Part shown: positions 49,261 through 64,000 of the stretch, piece by piece
How positions within the stretch are numbered: position 1 is the first letter of the stretch
How the letters are laid out: each line of letters starts with the position of its first letter
From: the human T2T-CHM13v2.0 reference genome, Homo sapiens
Direction: 5' to 3' (one strand)
Length of the DNA stretch: 64,000 bases
NCBI RefSeq assembly: GCF_009914755.1
Contig: NC_060941.1
Translations under genes and position numbers: made by a program
The notes under the pieces: model-generated
Told to the model about the DNA's origin: nothing
The model's input: the letters and a program-made list of their open reading frames with translations, nothing else
The model's database searches: none

Positions 49261-50408
49261 GTAAGTAATAGTGTCACATTATGTTGCTGCATTCAATAAG
49301 TGATTTATATCAAGCATTTGGTGCACTGGTATATGGTGTTTAATGTTAGCTATTATTTATTACTATTGTTCTTATTTCTACTTTTCTTATTGAGTATATG
49401 AGTATACATTTTTCTTATTAAAATAGCAGTGTATACTCATTACAGAAAAATTTACAAATGAGCCAAAGAAGAACATCCACGACCCTACACTCTCAGAGAG
49501 AACCACTGGTCACACCTTGCTGTGGATCCCTCCCAAGGTGTCATTAATTTTTATAAAGCTTGGATCACTCCATACATACAGTTCAGTAAATGGCCATAAT
49601 TTATTTAAGTAACACATAAATTATTTGATATTTAGGTTGTTCTAACTCTTTGCTCTTACAAATAGGCAAGAGCACAAGTAATGGACTAAGCATTAATTAG
49701 GAAGATAAAAGAAAACCCTGAAAAATTATAAAAACTGGACACTAATGCTGAAATAAGCACGGAGGATGCTCAGTAGTTAATCAAAATGACCTTATCTGAA
49801 AATCCAATGGCCGACTTTTCTTTTCTAGATCTGTTTTATTTCATAATTTAAAAAAATTTTTTAAAGTAAAGAGGGAAAGATTACCTGGCAAAATTTGTTT
49901 TTAGAGCTTAAAAACTTCATTTATTTATGATGATGAGAATTTTTTTAAAAAGCTAAATTTGCTCAATGGATTACTATAGGCATTTTATCCCTACCTGTGC
50001 ATTCTTTTTAAAAAGTATTTATTTATTTGTCTATTTTGAGAGCATCATTTTATCCTTTTTATTGTATATTTTAAGGTGTACCATTTGATTCGATATACAT
50101 TGTGAAATAATCACTGCCATAAAGACAACTGACATATCTGTCACCTCACATAGTTACCTTTTTCATGTGCATGGTGAGAAAACTTGGGATCTGCCTTCTT
50201 AGAAAATTTCAAGCATATAGTACAGTATTGTTACCTATAGTCATCAGGCTTTATATTAGATCTCCAGAACTCATTCATCTTGCATAACTGAAACTTTGCA
50301 CCCTTTGACCAACATCGTGTAATCTTTCCCTTCCCCCAGCCCCTGGTAACTATCATTCTCTTCTTTGTTTCTAAGAGTTTGACTATTTTAGGTTCCACAC
50401 ACAAGTGA

Positions 50409-50877
<469 letters not shown>

Positions 50878-51195
50878 TTATTCATTCATTGTTGATGGAC
50901 ATTTAGGTTATTTTCATATCGTTGCTATTTTGAATAATGCTGCAATGAAAATAGGAGTGCAAGTAACTTTTCAAGACCTTGATTTCAATTCCTCTGGACA
51001 AGCACCTAGAAGTGGGATTGCTGGATTATATGGTACTTCTATTTTAATTTTTTGAGAAACTTTCATACTATTTTCCATAATGGCCATACCAACTTATATC
51101 CCCACCAACAGTGTACATAAGCGTTCCCTTTTCTCCACACCCTCACCAACACTTTTTTTTTTTTAATACAAGTTGAGTGTCCCTTATCTGAAGGG

Positions 51196-51500
51196 ATTTT
51201 TTTTTTTTTTTTTTTTTTTTGAGATAGAGTCTCACTCTGTTGCCCAGGCTGGAGTGCAGTGGTACGATCTTGGCTCACTGCAAACTCCACCTCCCAGGTT
51301 CAAGCAATTATCTGCCTCAGCCTCCCAAGTAGCTGGGATTACAGGCACCCACCACCATGCCTGGCTAATTTTTGTATTTTTAGTAGAGACGGGGTTTCAC
51401 CATGTTGGCCAGGCTAGTCTTGAACTCCTGACTTCGTGATCCACCTGCCCTGGCCTCCCAAAGCGCTGGGATTACAGGTGTGAGCCACCATGCCCGGCCG
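51196..51500 (-). mobile_element. AluS inside Tigger4
   Basis: Long poly-T plus antisense Alu. Confidence 0.9.
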
Positions 51501-51858
51501 CGCATTTTGGATTTTTTTTAAAAGCTTGGAATATTTGCATATATGTAATGAGGTATCTTGGGAATGGAACCCAAGTCTAAACACACAATTCATTTATGTT
51601 TTATATATACCTTATACATATAGCCTGAAGGTAATTTTATACAATGTTTTAAATAATTTTGTGCATGAAACAAAGTTTGTGTACACTGAAACATCAGAAA
51701 GCAAAAGTGTCACGATCTCTGCCACCAATGTGGATAATCTGTGGTTGTTTGGCATCATCATCATGCCTGAATCTGAATGTATATGCTACTAATTAAACAA
51801 TCATTTTTTTACATTTATTCACAGATAAGTACTTAACAGTAAAAAATATGACTTACCA

Positions 51859-52163
51859 TTTTTTTTTTTGAGACAGGGTCTTGCTACTGTGTCGCCCAGG
51901 TTGAAAGGCAGTAGTGGGAACATGGCTCCATGCAGCCTTGACCTCGTGGGCTCAAGCAATCCTCCCGCCTCAGCCTCCCAAGTAGCTGAGATTACAGGCA
52001 CACAACACCATGCCCTGCTAATTTTTTAATTTATTTCTTATTTTTGTAGAGACAGAGTCTCAGCATGTTGCCCAGGCCTGTCTCGAACTCCTGGCTCAAG
52101 CGATCCTCCTGCTTTGGCCTCCCAAAGTTCTGGGATTAGAGGCATGAGCCGCCACACCCAGCC
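51859..52163 (-). mobile_element. AluJ inside Tigger4
   Basis: Diverged antisense Alu. Confidence 0.9.
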
Positions 52164-53163
52164 AACAACAGATTTTGTCTTAGAAGTGTCTTTTTGATTT
52201 TATAAATGAACACGATTTCTTGTTCTGTTGTGAATGTATGCTGCTTTAGTCCTTCAATAAGCCCATCACACATTTTCACCATGCCATCTATAGACATTTT
52301 TTCTGCAAAAAATGTTAACAATGTCATCTTCATTGCCACTATTATCATGATCACTTTGGTTTGGAGCCATGTGTCTATTTCATCATCAGCCAATGAGTAA
52401 ACAACTGGAGCCTTATTATCAATGTCAAAAAGCCCTTTGCTATCTACTTCTTCTAACTTACTGGCAGACTCTGAAGGTATATTTTTTGCATATGAAAGAA
52501 AGCCATATATCATTTTGTTCTCACTTGACACCAGTTCTTTCTCACTTGATACACAATTCTCCAAAGTCACCACCTTGTTCATCATCATCACTGAACATAG
52601 TCAAAGGTCAGAGGTCGCACCAGGCATGCACAACTATGTCTTTAGTCACTGTGTTCTAAGCGCTGGCAACAGTATATGTGGCGTCCTTCATGTCACCTCC
52701 TTTTGAAAACCTTCTGCACTCATGCCTCTGTTCACTGCTGCTAGCATTCTGTTCAATAAAGTGATTTTACATCTACTCTTCATTGACCTAAGGATACCCT
52801 AGTCACATTGAATTAATGTAGTCACATCTGGGGGAAAGTACATGGCATAAACATTATTTTTTGTGAGAATTTCAGCTGGAGAATGAGCAGAACAGTAATC
52901 AAGGAATAACAAAGTCTTACATCATCACGCATTCCAGCTTCCCTGCAGTGAGTACTAGCCACTGGTACAAAATGTTTGTGAAACCAATCATAAAAGGTGT
53001 CCCTGATGATCTGTGCCTTTTTGTTAGCATAATAGTAGACTGGTAAGAGATCTCCTCCTTGATAACAGTGAGGATGCAAGCTCTTGCCAATCACAGCAAG
53101 TTTATACTTATAGATGCTTGCTACATTAACACATCCCAGCAGGGTTACTCTATCCTTGGCATC

Positions 53164-53466
53164 TTTTTTTTTTTTTTTTTTTTTTTAAGACGGAGTCTCG
53201 CTCTGTTGCCCAGGCTGGAGTGCAATGGCGCAATTCTGGTTCACTGCCAACCTCTGCCACCCAGCTTCCAGCGATTCTCGTGCCTCAGCCTCCCCAGTAG
53301 CATGCGCCACCACGTCCTACTTTTTTTTTTTTTTTTTTGTATTTTTAGTAGAGATGCAGTTTCACCATGTCGGCCAGGCTGTTCTCAAACTCCTGACCTC
53401 AGGTGATCTGCCTGCCTTGGCCTCCCAAAGCGCTGGGATTACAGGCATGAGCCACTGTGCCCGGCC
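53164..53466 (-). mobile_element. AluS inside Tigger4
   Basis: TSD tatccttggcatc / tatcactggcatc. Confidence 0.9.
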
Positions 53467-53877
53467 TATCACTGGCATCCTTAATTCCTGTCTCATCAAG
53501 TGTAGTCGGTGTCTTTCTGGGGAAATAATGCCAAAACAGTGATATTTCATCAGCATTATAGACTAGTTCTGGTGTCAGATTTTTGTTAGTGATGACTCGG
53601 GCAAACTTGTCAATGAATTTCTCTGCTACTTCATGATCAGCAGATGCTTTATCACCACAAATCTTTAAAAATTTAATGCTGTCTTTTCCTAAATTTCTGA
53701 AACCAGCCTGTTGAACATTCATAGTTCCCTTCAATTTTCAGTTCACTGTGATAGATCTTTGCTTGTTTCATGATCAGCAACCAGTATTTACTGCAACACT
53801 TTTGAACCCATTCTTTCAATACATGATCGAGATCTTCATTATTAACTTTATGCACTGTTTTTCTTTTTGTTATTGTT

Positions 53878-54486
<609 letters not shown>

Positions 54487-56573
54487 TGTTTTTCTATTTT
54501 TGTTTTTTTTTTTATTAACTTCTGTTCATTGCTTTCAGCATAGAACTTCAACAGTTTATCCTTCTGTTTCTTCAGGTCATATGTGGTGGTCATTCCAACA
54601 CCATACTCTTCTGTAAGACATTTCATACTTACACTGCTGTCCAGCTTCTCCAATAGCTTGATTTTCTGTGCTATAGATAAACATAACTGTGTCCTCTTTT
54701 TCTCTCCTGTGTTGCCCACAGGAGTATCTGTAGGCCTTTCTGACATTTTCAATAATATCTTTACACCACAGAGCAGAGAATAAGCCAAAAGAAATACCAC
54801 AGTAAGTAATGCACATAGGTATTGGCCCCATGTGGGGCATTGTGGAGAACCTGAAATTGGTGCATCTGGCCTCCACACCATTTTAAAAATGGGTTTTTAA
54901 ATGGGTTATGCCATTTTATAACCCTTGGTGGATGTGCTTACATGCGAAAATCTGGACATGTACAGAAAAGACATGTCACAGCTGAAGGGGGATGGGGGTG
55001 GCTTCCCCATTGGGGATGCTGAATGAACTGTGTGTTGTGTGCCTGCATTTTCACTATGGCCAATCATATGAGGTTAGATGTAGAATTTTCCACTTGTGGT
55101 GACATGTTAATGCTCAAAAACTTTCAGGTTTTGAAGCATTTCAGGTTTTGGATTTTTAGAGTAGGGATGCTCAACTTGTAATGACCATCCTGACAGGTGT
55201 GAGATGATATCTCATTGTGGCTTTGTCTTGCATTTCTCTGATGATTAGTGAGCACCTTTTTTATATACCTGTTGGCCATTTATATGTCTTCTTTGGAAAA
55301 ATGTCTATTCAGGTCCTTGGTCCATTTCTAATCGGGTTATTTGTGTTTTTATTGTTGTTGTTTTTGTTTTGCTATTGAGTTGTGTGAGTTCCTTATATAT
55401 TTTGAGTATTAACCTTTTATCAGATATGTGGTTTGCAAATATATTCTTCCATCCCATAGGTTGCCTTTTCAGTTTGTTGATTGTTTCCTTTACTATGCAG
55501 AAGCTTTTTAGGTTGATGGAGTCCCACTTGGTTTGTTTTTGCTTTTGTTGCCTGTGCTTTTGGTGTCATATCCAAAAGTTTTAGCTATGCCCCATGTCAA
55601 GGAGCTTTTCTCTTATATTTTCTTCTAAGAGTTTTACATTTTCAGATCTTATGTTTAAGTCTTTAATGCATTTTGAGTTAATTTTTGTATATGGTTTAAG
55701 AGTGGGATCCAGTTTTATTCTTTTGCAGGTGGATATCCAGTTTTCCCTGCAACATTTATTGAAGAGTCTATCCTTTTCCCCCATTGTGTATTCTTGGTGT
55801 CCTTGTGAAAGATTAGTTGACTATAAATGCATGGGTGTATTTTTGGGCTTCCTATTGTGTTTTATTTGTCATTGTCTGTTTGTGTGCCTGTACCATATTT
55901 CTTTGATTACCATAGTTTTGTAATATAGTCTGAAATCAAAGAGTGTGATTCCTCCAGCTTTGTTCTTCTTTCTCAAAATTGCTTTGGCAATTTGGGGTCT
56001 TTGGTGGTTCCATATGAACTTTAGGATTGTTTTTTCTATTTCTGTGAAAAATGCCATTGGAATTTTATAGGAACTTCATTGAATCAGCAGACTGTTTTGG
56101 AGTATGGACAATTTAACAATATTAATTCTTCTAATCCATGTATATGGTATATCTTTTCATTTATTTGTATCTTCTTCAATTTTTTTCATCAATGTTTTCT
56201 AGTTTTCAGGGTACAGATCTTTCACCTCCTTGGTTAATTTATTCCTAAGTATTTTATTTTTTTGATGCTATTGTAAATGAGACCATTTTATTAATTTCTT
56301 CTCTGGGTAGTTTGTTGTTGGTGCATAGAAATGCAACTGTATTTTATATGTTGATTTTTTATCCTGCAACTTTAATGAAGATGTGTATTAGTTCTAACAG
56401 TATTTAGGGTTTTCTATATATAAGATCATATAATCTGCAAACATACAATTTAACATCTTTCTTTTTGAATTTCTTTTATCTATTCTTCTTGCCTAATTGC
56501 TTTGGCAAACACTTCCAGTACTATTTTGAATAGAAGTGGTGAGAGTGGGCACACTTGTGTTGTTCCTGTTCTT

Positions 56574-56628
56574 TCTTTTTATTATTATTATTATACTTTA
56601 AGTTTTAGGGTACATGTGCACAACGTGC
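56574..56628 (-). mobile_element. Extremely 5'-truncated young L1PA (55 bp)
   Basis: ttattatactttaagttttagggtacatgtgcacaacgtgc is the L1PA 3' terminus; 13-bp TSD tgttcctgttctt / tgttcctgtcctt. Confidence 0.88.
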
Positions 56629-59451
56629 TGTTCCTGTCCTTAAAGGAACAGTTTTCAGATTTTCTTTGTTGAATATGATGTTAGATGTGGGCTGTCATAT
56701 ATGACTTTTATTATGTTGAGGTACATTCCTCTATAACTCATTTGTTGAGAGTTTTTAATCATGAAAGGATATTGAATTTTGTCAGATGTTTTTTCTGCAT
56801 ATATTAAAATGATCATATATTTTTTATCCTTTGTTTGTTAATGTGGTGTACTTCACTTATTGTTTTGTATATGTCAAACTGTCCTTGCATCCCAGGGATA
56901 AATTCCACTTGATCATAGTGTATAATCCTTTTAATGTGCTATTGAATTCAGCTTGCTAGTATTTCATTGAATGCTGTTTGTTTATTGATTTTCTGTCTGG
57001 ATATCTATCCAAGATTGAATGTAGCATATTGGAGTCTTCTATTACTATTATATTGCTGTCTGTTTGTCCTTTCAGTTCTATTGTTATTTGCTTTGTATAT
57101 TTAGGTGTTCCAAAGTTGGGTGTATGTATACTCACAATTGTAATACCTTCTTAGTGAACTGACCCTTTTATCATTCATTATATGATGACCTTCTTTGACT
57201 ATTGTGACAGGTTTTGACTTAAAGTCCTTTGTGCCTAATATAAGTATAGCTACCTCTGCTCTCTTTTGGCTTCCATTTGAGTGCAATAGCCTTTTCCACC
57301 CCTTTACTTTCAGCCTGTGTGTGTCTTAAAGCTAAAGTGAGTCTCCTGTAGGCAGCATATAGCAGGATCTTGTTTTTTAGTCATTCAGCTATTCTGTCTT
57401 TTGATTGGTGAAATTAAGTCATTTATATGTAAGGTAATTATTGATAGGTAAGGACTTACTATTGCCATCTAGTTGTTTTCTGTTTTGCAATTCATTTGCT
57501 CTTTTCTCTATTGTTGTCTTCCTTTGTGATTTAATAATTTTTTATAGTATTTTGTTTTGATTCCTTTCTCTTTGTATTTTGTGTATCTCCTACAGAATTT
57601 TTTCTTTGTGATTACCATGGGATTACAGAAAACATTCTATTGTTATAATAGACTATTTTAACCTGATAAAAACTTAACTTTGATCACATACAAAAACTTT
57701 AACTTCTTCTCCCCTACATTTAATATTATTAATATTACTGTTTACATTTTTATAATGTGCATTCATTAGTAAATTATTGCAGCTATAGTCATTTTTAATA
57801 CTTTTGTCTTTAAACTTTTACACTGGTGGTAAAAGCAATTTACATACTACCATTACAGAATTAGACTATTCTGAATCTGACTATACATTTACCTTTGCTA
57901 GCAAGTTTTATACTTTCATATGTTTCTTATGTTTAGTGTCCTTTCATTCCTCCTCCTTCTTCTTCTTTTCCTTCTTCCTTCCTCCCTCTCCCTCTCCTTC
58001 TTCCTTCTCTCTTCTTCTTCTTCTTTCCAGTGCTGGCTGATATCCTTTCATTTCAACCTGAAGAACTTTCTTTAGTACTTCTTGTAAGTAGTAATGAACT
58101 CCCTCAGCTGGAAAAGTATCTCTCCTTCCTTTCTTAAAAATAGATTTCCTATGTAGAATATTCTTGGTTAGCAGTTGTTTTTGTTGTTTCAGCACTTTGA
58201 ATGTGCTAGAACATCAACTCATAATGCAAATGTTGTTTTGTTTCATGTTGTCCCATAAGTTACACAGGCCTTTTTCATCCTTTCTTCTTATTGTTGCTCT
58301 GATTGGATAATTTCAAATGATCTGTCTTTGAGTCCACTGCTTCTTTCTTCTGCTTGAGTCCCCTGTTGAAGCTCTCTATTGAATTTTTCAGTTCATTCAT
58401 CATATTCTACAGCTCCAGAATTTCTGTTTAGTTCTTTTTTATGATTTCTATCTTTTGGTTGAATTTCTCATTTTGTTCTTGTATTGTTCTCCTGATTTTG
58501 TTTAGTTGTCTGTGTTCTCCTGTACCTCAGTGAGCTTAAGTCACTTATTTTGAATTATTTATCAGGCAATTCATAGGTCTCAATTTCTTTGGGATCAGCC
58601 ACAGGAGCTTTATTTTGTTCCTTTGGTGGTGTCATGTTTTCTTAATTCTTCTTGTTCCTTGAAGTGTTGCATTTCTGTCTTTGAAAAAGCAGTCTCCTCT
58701 TCCAGTCTCTACTAACTGGCTTTGGAAGAGAAAGACATTCACCAGACAATCAAGAGTTTGACGTCTTTCAGGCCTTTTCTATGGATTCACCTGCCCCACT
58801 CTCTTGTTCCCCCTTGTGGGGGTAAGGCTTAGGATTGTGTGCCTACTCTCAATCCTGTAAAGTCAGGCCAGGTGTGGAGGGCCTCCTCTTAATTTTCTCC
58901 AGGAAAGTGCCTTGAAGTGTTCAAGATTGTGCACCTTCTCTCAACCCTGCAAAGTTGAGATAGCTGCTGATATCTATGTGCTGTCTGTGGGGATTTGCAT
59001 GTGTCCTCTGTGGTGGCTTGCACTCACTATCTGTGGAGGCTCAGGTGCTCTGTCTCAGGAACGCATAAATGCCATCTGAGGACTTTTGCATGTGCCATTT
59101 CAGGGGCACATGCAGAGTGCTGAGGGTGTGAGTCATCCAATTGAAGGTGTTGAAGATGAGGCATCCTACAGGGTTTTCATGGTTTTCAGACTCCTGGTGG
59201 AGTCTCAAACCAATTAATAGGGTCTACAGCTGGTTTTTGAGACTTTGTGGTTGCTCCTACCTCCCCCAAGACTTTTAGCTGTGTGATCTTCTGTGATCTG
59301 GGTGGGGTGAGGCAGAAGTGAGCCTCTTGGGTAACAACCTGTGAGGCTGGGGAAGCTGGACACTCACTTCACTCTCACTATCCCCCATCGAAGAAACTGT
59401 GGACTTGGGCACTGAGCCATGCTGCCTTGGGAGTAGGGTGATGTGGGTTAA

Positions 59452-59922
<471 letters not shown>

Positions 59923-61329
59923 GTGTTCTTACCTTCATCAACGCATCTAGTCTTAGTTGTTTTTTCTTTTCTTTCTTTCTTTCTTTTTTTTTTTTTTTTT
60001 GGCTTAAACAGAGTTCTATAATTGCTTCACTGGACTCCTGGTTTCCTACTTGAGGTACTCTTCTTGTCCATGGATGGTTGTCAAAATTGATGTTTCTATG
60101 GAAGTATGAGGACTGGAGTCTCCTATTCCACCAGCTTGCTGTCATCACTCTGGCAAAAATGTCAAGTGGTTATCTCTTTTGTTTTCTTTGCAGTCTGCCA
60201 TAATTACCAGATTCTTTCCAATGAGGACATTTTACTCTAAAGTAGTAGTAATACCATGGACAATGAATGAGTCTAATCTTTTTCAATCAAGTTCATTTCA
60301 CTTTCAAGTAAATCTATTTACTCTGTAGTGTTGTAAATGCTTCCCAAATATTTAATAACTTGAAGTAAATGAGTATTATTTTGCTCATTTTACAGATGAG
60401 GAAACTGAGGACCAGAGAAGCTAAGTAGATCACCCAAGGTAATACCTGAGATGTATGGACCCAGTGGCCAAGCTCAACCACCATGTCATGCTGTCCTCAA
60501 ACCCTCTGGGCCAAATTGCACATAGTTTACAGCCTGTCCCAGGCTGACAAGGAGGTGACAATTGCACTAAGCTTTATGATTCTGAAACCTGGAATCTGGA
60601 AGCCATGGAATTCCAAAAGTCTGAAGAGGCCCCCTCTTAATTGTGTGGCTTTGGGAAAGTCCCTTACCTCCCCTACGCCTTGGTTTCCTTATTTGTAAAA
60701 TGTGGGTGATACCATCTGTATTCTTTCCTACTCCTCAGGGTTGTTATGAGCTCAGGTATATGTGAAAATGTTACATAAACTGTGAAGGATGTAGGTAGGC
60801 AGGAAATCAAGGGAGAGATATCAAAGAGATGCTGTGTGAACAAAGGTGCATTAAAAGGACTGTGAAGGCCATTGTGAGGGAGCTGTGTGAAAGGGAATTT
60901 GGTTCCTGAGGAGGAGCAGTGGGACTGGGGTAGAAACAGGTTTGGTGTTAAATCCTGGAGGACTTTAATGTCAGGTGATGCACTGGGATGTTACTGACAG
61001 TGAAATAAGGAGGGTGGGCTATGAAGAGTCATCCACTGCAAAAATACAGCATGATTGTCGGGTTGTCTTCAGCCACTCTGCTGGGCCTCTAGGCCCGACT
61101 CTTGAGTGAGTCTGAGAGAGGGAGCTCCCCAAGACAGGCCCTCTGGGCAGGTGAGGATTCCAGTGGTGTATAGTGACTTGCTGGCAAGTTTTAGTCAATG
61201 CCCATGAGAGGGAAGCTGGCACAGGAGGCCAGCATTATGGTTCTTTCCAGAAGCCCAGGAAAACCAGAGTGTGAGCCTCTCCCATTTGGTGGGTCCTTCC
61301 AATTTATGGTAGCCAGCTCATTTGATTCT

Positions 61330-63430
61330 CCAACAGCCTGGAATGGAGATGAACTCTTATCTTCCCTCCACTAATCTGCTCTTCCTAATGTCACCAGTGA
61401 CTCTAACTTCCTCCTCCTCGAATCCTCCTTAATACAGTTGCCAGTAGTTTACATTGCTGACTTCTCCCTTGCTCCTAAAAAGTTCTTTTGCGACCAGGAT
61501 TGCACTCTCTCAGCCAGTTTTTTAACTGATTCTTCTCAGGCCCCTTTGCTGATTTCCTTTCTTTTCCACACCCTCCAAGATTCCATTCTTGGTCTCCTTT
61601 TCTTTTTCAATGAATTCTCCCTCAGTGGCCTCATCAACTACCAGTATGAATGCCCACTGTGTACTCATGTGTCTCAAATTGTGATCTCCAGACCCTGTAT
61701 TTCTTATCATGACTAAAATGAAACTCATCTCTGCCCATACTCACTGCCTATTCTCTCACTTAATGTCATCACAACCACAAAAGGTTCTGTGTCAAAGCTG
61801 TGACAATGTACCTGGTTGGTTTTAGCAGAGAGGGGATTTTTTGGAAGCATGGGGCAATTCACTGACATGAAGAAAATTCTTGAAGGTCAAGACTCATAAA
61901 TAATGAAGGCCAGAGCAGCTCTGGGAAGCTGAACAGTGGATACAAGTGAATGGCTTCCCTGGGGAATGAAGACTGAAGAATGTAGTAGAAGAACATTACC
62001 TACCATGTAGTGTTTGTTGAATCTAAAATGAACTGTACAGTTAAGGAAGCCGAGGCCCAAAGAGGATGATTCAACTTCCATCCCTTCATTCTTTCTGCCA
62101 TTAGGCTCGAGATTAGAATTACAGGAAGAAAGCATCTGAATGCACTAACTAGGGTCACATGGTCTTAGCTGGGGGTAAGCACAACCCTTTCAGTGATGGT
62201 CCTAACAAATTGTAAATCAATCCTGATATTGTCAATCTTGTTTTTAAAAGCCTCTAGAGAATGATTCTTCCTCCTAAAACTCAACGAGCATTCTGAACCT
62301 GAAAAGGGGGGGATGAAGTCTGGGTGTAAAAATATCACAACTGTCCATCATACTCTGGCCCAGAAACATCTTTAACTCCTGCCTCTTCCATACTTCACTT
62401 CTCCTAAATATCTTTCTAATAACTTCCCTGCCCTCATAACTCCTTGCTGCCAGTCTCTACCTGCAAATCTATTTGCCCCACTACCAGTCATCTTCTACAA
62501 TACATTCTGGGCTGGGCGCAGTGGCTCACGCCTGTAATCCCAGCACTTCAGAAGGCCAAGGTAGGTAGATCATTTGAGGTTAGGAGTTTGAGACCAGCCT
62601 GGCCAACATGGTAAAACCCCGTCTCTATGAAAAATACAAAAATTATCTGGACGTGGTGGTGGACGCCTGTAATCCCAGCTACTCAGGAGGCTGAGGCAGG
62701 AGAATTACTTGAACCCAGGAGGTGGAGGTTGCAATGAGCCAAGATTGCGCCACTGCACTCCAGCCTGGGCAACAGAGGGAGACTGCATCTCAAAAATAAC
62801 ATAACATAACATAACATAACATAACATAACATAACATAACATAACATAACATAAATAAAATAAAATAAAATAAATAAAAAAATAAAATAAAATAAAATCT
62901 GATCAGTCCAAGCTTCTCCTTCCCTCCCCCTGCCCCCAAAAAGAACCCTTTATGGTCCCCCATTGCCATTAGCTGAAGTTTTTAATATGGTTTACAAGGT
63001 CCTTCCCAAGCCTTATCTTTCCACAAGGCTTCATTTACCACTCCAGCCCCACTACTCCTGAAACAGGCCTCTCTATGCCTATGTCTGTATTCTTCCTTTC
63101 TCCTGGATGCCTTTCCCACATTCTCTGTCTCGAAGGATCCCATTCATATTCGTCTTTCATAGATAGCATCAGATCTCACCTCTCATGGAGACTTCCTCAA
63201 ACAAGCCAGGATGAGTTGGTTAATCCTTCTTTTGTACTCTTTTCACACTCAGTAAGGACTTAAGATTATAGCCCTGAGCACATTTTATTATGGCGTTTGT
63301 TTACAAGTCTGTCTTCTTCACTGGACTGGGAGCTCCTCTAAAGTAGGCCCTGAGTTTTCCTTGGCTTTATTGCCCTAGTGCTTAGCATTGTGCCTAGCAT
63401 GTGGTGTTTGGTGAATTTCAAGTGAGCTGT
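61330..63430 (+). mobile_element. Fragmented L2 (interrupted by an old LTR-like segment and an Alu)
   Basis: gtcaccagtgactc...ggtctccttttc...tccagacc, and L2 3' end gactgggagctcctc...ccctagtgcttagcattgtgcctagcatgtgg. Confidence 0.6.
62510..62900 (+). mobile_element. AluS with (ATAAC)n and (TAAAA)n tail microsatellites
   Basis: Full Alu; about 11 ATAAC units at 62796-62850. Confidence 0.95.
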
Positions 63431-64000
63431 ACCGATGAGGAAACTGAAGCCCAAGGAGAACAAGCTGCACACTTAGAATGAGCAACCTCCCTAATGGCAA
63501 TCAAGTTGGAGAGACAGTTGTGATCAATCACATTGGGCTTTGTAATCATCTAGGCAGTTGCTAAAGACTGGAAGTAAAGGGTGGTCACCAGCTATCTCCC
63601 TTTGCACTTTGAGAAAATAAGGCTCAACAGGCTCAAACTTAAATGGTCAAGAGGGATTTAAATTAAAGAAGAGAAAGACCTTCTTGTTCCTGGGTTTGGT
63701 AGACAAAAAAGTGAGCTGACTCAGAACGTTTGTGAACTTTTTGCCTCTGGAGACTTTTACAAACAAGATAGACCTTATTATCAGGGCTGAGTCGAAAGTC
63801 CTGTTAGAGGCGGACAAATGGCTGAGCTGACGTCTGAAGAAGCTGCCTCTTGAGGAAGCCCTTGAGGGGCAGAGGAACCAGTGAGAAGACTTCAGTTCCC
63901 AGGGAGGTCAAGGATGCTTGGGGGAGGGGGAGACAGAGGAGGGAGCCCTTCCTAATTAAGCCTCTACCCACGAGTGAATGTGAGGCTAATAAGGCAGCCC

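Noticed and set aside
55369-58195. ORFs resembling reverse transcriptase/endonuclease proteins
   Set aside because: Fragments of a dead L1 with an internal deletion near 56965.
62796-62900. Regular pentamer array
   Set aside because: Microsatellite derived from an Alu A tail; no spacers, not CRISPR-like.
63430-64000. Homeobox-like motifs (TAATTAAG, CTAATGG) near the window end, possibly the start of a TBX4 hindlimb enhancer
   Set aside because: Too few motifs, partly old-repeat-like, and I cannot place the known enhancer from sequence alone.

Overview
Human (primate) genomic DNA that I recognise as the 17q23.2 BCAS3-TBX2 interval. From left to right it contains: the distal introns and last exons of BCAS3 (+ strand; two cassette exons and a terminal exon read in two frames); the antisense lncRNA TBX2-AS1 (- strand), which converges on the BCAS3 3' end and diverges from TBX2; the complete 7-exon TBX2 gene (CDS join 21044..29350, 2139 nt, 712 aa, all GT-AG junctions in frame) in a large CpG-island complex; and the single-exon C17orf82/LINC02875 ORF (251 aa). 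After about 39 kb the sequence becomes a repeat-dense intergenic block towards TBX4, which is outside the window. That block holds an originally full-length old L1 carrying a near-complete Tigger4/Zombi DNA transposon, many Alus and a 55-bp young L1PA. I see no wholly new gene system. The most notable items are: (i) a BCAS3 cassette exon whose A9/A10 runs could switch between three stable C-termini; (ii) an unusual TBX2 translation-initiation layout; (iii) an in-frame cryptic exon candidate in TBX2 intron 2, at the TBX3 +2a position; (iv) a recent local inverted duplication of an Alu fragment; (v) divergent CTCF motifs bracketing TBX2. Repeat subfamily names and gene identities come from recognition, not database searches.
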